IMG/VR virus record: IMGVR_UViG_3300044974_001269
Coordinates: 1-57,725 of that record
From: a virus
Lineage: Duplodnaviria; Caudoviricetes
DNA length: 57,725 bases
Reading direction: 5' to 3' (one strand)
Shown here: piece by piece, positions 54,154-57,725 of the stretch
How the letters are laid out: each line of letters begins with the position of its first letter
How positions within the stretch are numbered: position 1 is the first letter of the stretch
The notes under the pieces: model-generated
The model's input: only the letters and a program-made list of their open reading frames with translations
Told to the model about the DNA's origin: nothing
Database searches by the model: none
Translations under genes and position numbers: made by a program

Positions 54154-54981
54154 ATGAACCAAAATTTAGAACTACTTAAAGAAGTTTTATCCGTACCCAC
54201 CTCTACTTATAACGAAGATTTGATGATTTCATATCTTCAAAAATGGTTGGACGAAAAAAATATTCCAAATTATACTGATAGTCATGGCAACGTTTATGCA
54301 ACAAAAAAAATTCAAGAAGTACCTGATGATTTTTATTATCCTTGCGTTATATCTCATACTGATACTGTTCACGGATTGGGGAGTATAAATGTTCATGAAG
54401 AACAACTGCCAAACGCACAAGGTGAGACAAAACTATCTCTCAAGGCTTATGATGACAAAGGTAAACCAACAGGGATTGGAGGGGATGATAAATGTGGTGT
54501 TTTTGCTTGTTTAACTCTACTCGAAGAACTCCCTTACTTGAAAGCGGCATTTTTCGTTTCTGAAGAAACTGGATGTCATGGTTCGAGAAAAGCGGACAAA
54601 TCATTCTTTCATGATGTGGGTTATGCAATTCAATTTGACGCACCAGAAAACTGGATGATTACAGAAAAATGTTTCGGTCATGTTTTGTTTGACAGAGACA
54701 CTGATTTTTTCAAAAGTTGTGATGAGGTTCTCTGTGAGGGAATGAATGCTGACTACATGAGATACATGGTTCATCCTTATACTGATGTCTATGCTTTAAG
54801 AAGTCAATTTGATTTTTCTTGTATCAATTTTTCAATTGGATATTACGATTACCACACAAAAGACGAATACGTCGTGGTTGAAGATGTTTTCAATGGAATT
54901 AAAATGGGTAAAAAGATGATTGAGAAATTGGGAAATAAACTTCACTATAAAGCACTTGCTACAGATTGGAGATACGCTTAA
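54154..54981 (+). CDS. M20/M28 family zinc peptidase
   Basis: GNVYATK, SHTDTV, GGDDKCG, EETGC.GS, YH. Confidence 0.88.
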   Translation: MNQNLELLKEVLSVPTSTYNEDLMISYLQKWLDEKNIPNYTDSHGNVYATKKIQEVPDDFYYPCVISHTDTVHGLGSINVHEEQLPNAQGETKLSLKAYDDKGKPTGIGGDDKCGVFACLTLLEELPYLKAAFFVSEETGCHGSRKADKSFFHDVGYAIQFDAPENWMITEKCFGHVLFDRDTDFFKSCDEVLCEGMNADYMRYMVHPYTDVYALRSQFDFSCINFSIGYYDYHTKDEYVVVEDVFNGIKMGKKMIEKLGNKLHYKALATDWRYA

Positions 54982-55730
54982 AAGAGATTTTCTAAATTCT
55001 TAAGAAACGGTTTAACTACGGGGTGGTCTTGTATGTCATCATACTTTTCACCCCTTCTTTTCATTTGTTTAATTTCTTCTGTTATTTTTCTGAGATTTTG
55101 TTCAATCATTTTGGACATAGATGGGTAATTCACAATATATGGTGATAGTACAAGTTCTTTTTTAGCAATATCCATAGGAATTCCCAAATCTCTTACTAAT
55201 TTTGCAACCATATTTTTTGCAAATTGGTCTGCGTCGAGTTCCATCTCCCAATATTGTTTGTATAGGTTTTCGAAATCTTCGAGGTCAAAATCACTCAAAG
55301 GGTTTGACATTTTTATTTTAGAAATTTGAGACTCGTGTCTCATTTCGTGAAAGAGAGTATAAATAAAATCACCAAGTGTTTGCATCTCGTTGGGTGAACA
55401 GATAATAATTTGGTCTTTGGTTCTTACACCACTGAAACCTGTGTAACAAGATTTTAATAATTTAATTTTAAAACCATTTTTAGAAATATATTTAATGATA
55501 AAATCTTTTATAATGTCGAGTTTATCAACATATTGTGCAGGAAATTTAGTTTTGAATTGGTCAAAAATTGTATCTAAATTAGATTTTGGTGTGTTATCAT
55601 GACCACATTTGTGACAAACGTATTTGTCTTTACCACCATCAGATAAATCCCAACTCCAACCACAACTATCACAAATGACTTTGCCGTCTTTGATTTCTTC
55701 TTTAATAAGTCTTTTGATTAAATCTCTCAC
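54978..55730 (-). CDS. zinc-ribbon + HExxH metalloprotease-like protein
   Basis: CDSCGW...CHKCG; FHEMRHESQ; EMELDAD. Confidence 0.8.
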   Translation of the reverse strand: MRDLIKRLIKEEIKDGKVICDSCGWSWDLSDGGKDKYVCHKCGHDNTPKSNLDTIFDQFKTKFPAQYVDKLDIIKDFIIKYISKNGFKIKLLKSCYTGFSGVRTKDQIIICSPNEMQTLGDFIYTLFHEMRHESQISKIKMSNPLSDFDLEDFENLYKQYWEMELDADQFAKNMVAKLVRDLGIPMDIAKKELVLSPYIVNYPSMSKMIEQNLRKITEEIKQMKRRGEKYDDIQDHPVVKPFLKNLENLF

Positions 55731-55745
55731 AATATTAAATATAAA

Positions 55746-55769
55746 AAAAAGGGGATTAAATCCCCTTTT
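55746..55769. terminator. terminator at clpC stop
   Basis: AAAAGGGGAT-TAA-ATCCCCTTTT. Confidence 0.7.
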
Positions 55770-57725
55770 CAGTTTTTGATTTTTTTACGAGTTTAATTTC
55801 CTCGTCTTGAAGTTTCAATTCATAGGATTTGTTTTCTAAAACATTTCCTGTTAGTACTTCTTCGGAAATCAAATCTTCGATTTTGTCTTGGATTGCTCTT
55901 TTGAGAGGTCTTGCCCCATAAATTTCGTCAAAACCGACTTTTGCTAGATAGTCAACAATGGTCTCATCAAAAGAAATTTTGTACTTGATTTCCTTCAATC
56001 TTTCAACCAATTTATTCAATTCGATTGAGGTAATTTTTTTGATATGTTCCTCGTTGAGTGTGTTGAACACAATCGTATCATCAATACGGTTTAAGAACTC
56101 GGGTGAAAAGAAATTTTTCATTTCTTTGAGTAACGTTTGTTTTTTTGCTTCTTCATTACCATACTGATTGGTGAAACCAATGCCAGAACCGAAGTCTTGA
56201 AGTTTCTTAACACCTAAATTGGTTGTAAGAATAATTAGGGTGTTTTTGAAATTGATTTTTCTTCCGAGACTATCTGTAACGTGACCATCATCCATCATTT
56301 GGAGAAGAATTGTGAAAACGTCTTTATGTGCTTTTTCTACCTCATCGAACAAAATTACGGAGTAAGGTTTGTTTTTCACTTTCTCTGTGAGTTGTCCACC
56401 CTCCTCATATCCAACATAACCTGGAGGAGCACCAACTAATTTGGATACAGTGTGTTTTTCTTGATATTCACTCATATCTACACGAATAAGTGATTCTTCT
56501 GACCCGAAAATTTCTTTTGCTAACTGTTTCGCTAAGTGAGTTTTTCCGACACCAGTTGAACCCAAGAAAATAAAACTACCGATTGGACGATTTGGGTCTT
56601 TGATTCCAAGTCTATTTCTCTTAATAGATTTAACAATCTTTTTGACTGCCTCATCTTGACCAATAACCTTACCCATCAATTCTTTATCCAAATTGAGCAA
56701 ATTTTTGGTGTCATCGATGGTCATTTTACTAACGGGGATTTTGGTCATATTTGAAACGACATCATAAACATTTTCAAGAATAACAATTTGTTTTTGTTTT
56801 TCCATTTCGTCATCAAACTTTTTCTTCTCGGAGTCTAACTTGTCCAAAAGTTTTTTCTCCTTGTCACGAAGTTGTGCTGCCTGCTCATAATTCTGTTTTT
56901 TTACAACATCGATTTTTTGTTGTTTGATTTCTGCCGCTTTCTTTTTCAAGTCCTCAATTACTTCCGGTATTTTCACTTCAGTTTGCATTCTGGCACCCAC
57001 TTCATCCAAGATATCAAAAGCTTTATCGGGGAATTCTCTGTCTGTGATATATCTTTCAGCGAGTTTCACACAGGTTTCAATTATTTCATCTGAATATTTC
57101 ACTTTGTGGAACGACTCATATTTTGGTCGAATATTCTTTAGAATTTCAATTGTTTCTTGAACTGAAGATGGTTCAACAATCACTTTCTGAAATCTTCTTT
57201 CAAGCGCTCCGTCCTTTTCAATATTTTTTCTGAATTCGTCTAAGGTTGTTGCACCGACAACTTGAATTTCTCCTCTCGAAAGGGCGGGTTTGAAAATGTT
57301 TGAACCGTCCATAGAACCGGCAGAATTACCTGAACCCACGAGTGTGTGAATTTCATCAATGAATACAATAATGTTTGGATTATCCTGTAATTCTTCAATG
57401 ATTACTTTCATCCTTTCTTCGAACTGTCCACGGTACTTGGTACCAGCAACCACAGAGGTCAAATCTAAATTGACAATTCTTTTATCAATTAAGTTTTTAG
57501 GACAATTCCCTTGAACAATCTTGATTGCTAAACCTTCCACGATTGCAGTTTTACCACAACCAGGTTCACCCACAATGATAGGGTTATTCTTTTTTCTACG
57601 AGATAGAATTTGAGCAATCCTCATAATTTCTCTATCTCTTCCAATTACAGGGTCAAGTTTACCCTCTTCGGCAAGTTTATTTAGGTCCCGACTGAAATTA
57701 TCTAACACAGGTGTGTTACTATCAG
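55756..57725 (-). CDS. clpC: ClpC-type AAA+ Clp ATPase (5' end outside window)
   Basis: two Walker A motifs ([16 protein letters not shown]), UVR middle domain, IGF ClpP-docking loop; frame open to window end. Confidence 0.95.
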   Translation of the reverse strand, partial: DSNTPVLDNFSRDLNKLAEEGKLDPVIGRDREIMRIAQILSRRKKNNPIIVGEPGCGKTAIVEGLAIKIVQGNCPKNLIDKRIVNLDLTSVVAGTKYRGQFEERMKVIIEELQDNPNIIVFIDEIHTLVGSGNSAGSMDGSNIFKPALSRGEIQVVGATTLDEFRKNIEKDGALERRFQKVIVEPSSVQETIEILKNIRPKYESFHKVKYSDEIIETCVKLAERYITDREFPDKAFDILDEVGARMQTEVKIPEVIEDLKKKAAEIKQQKIDVVKKQNYEQAAQLRDKEKKLLDKLDSEKKKFDDEMEKQKQIVILENVYDVVSNMTKIPVSKMTIDDTKNLLNLDKELMGKVIGQDEAVKKIVKSIKRNRLGIKDPNRPIGSFIFLGSTGVGKTHLAKQLAKEIFGSEESLIRVDMSEYQEKHTVSKLVGAPPGYVGYEEGGQLTEKVKNKPYSVILFDEVEKAHKDVFTILLQMMDDGHVTDSLGRKINFKNTLIILTTNLGVKKLQDFGSGIGFTNQYGNEEAKKQTLLKEMKNFFSPEFLNRIDDTIVFNTLNEEHIKKITSIELNKLVERLKEIKYKISFDETIVDYLAKVGFDEIYGARPLKRAIQDKIEDLISEEVLTGNVLENKSYELKLQDEEIKLVKKSKTEKGI

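Noticed and set aside
830-57160. Many short antisense or nested ORFs in the track (e.g. 3173, 22668, 32887, 37026, 53548)
   Set aside because: Shadows of longer motif-bearing genes.
1-57725. CRISPR array, IS element, integrase, intron or intein
   Set aside because: No regularly spaced repeats, transposase motifs or splicing motifs seen; ThyA insertions are short and in frame.
1-57725. Stop-codon reassignment
   Set aside because: Known genes are full length in the standard code, TAA/TAG/TGA all serve as stops, and no suppressor tRNA is seen.

Overview
This 57.7 kb, AT-rich, gene-dense window looks like part of a large (jumbo-type) phage genome infecting a Bacteroidetes host. Evidence: a PG-binding + GH19 endolysin, a T9SS C-terminal sorting domain, Bacteroidetes-style lipoprotein signals, TAnnTTTG promoter elements, no Shine-Dalgarno sites, many short ORFans and dispersed tRNA clusters. 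Protein genes include a 7-gene envelope operon (two CsgG-like proteins, a cohesin/dockerin-like T9SS cargo, a dockerin-like C-type lectin, a beta-barrel), PPK2, ThyA, ClpP, ClpC (partial), two carbamoyltransferases, 2OG-Fe(II) oxygenases, HNH, HAD phosphatases, C39/M23/M20-M28 peptidases, RmlC and a TonB-dependent receptor. RNA genes are 14 tRNAs and a tmRNA. The most striking unannotated signals are RNA-level. (1) A 26-codon leader peptide with mutually exclusive antiterminator/terminator helices sits in front of a tRNA array, i.e. a candidate attenuator sensing tRNA shortage. (2) A promoter-driven ~82-nt hairpin sRNA at 16 kb is complementary over 26 nt to the leader and start codon of the envelope operon 8 kb away. 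(3) The tmRNA has an unusually long tag ending VEA, in a genome with its own ClpC/ClpP. Further unknown ncRNAs and atypical tRNAs are present. All family calls are by eye from motifs; no searches were run.
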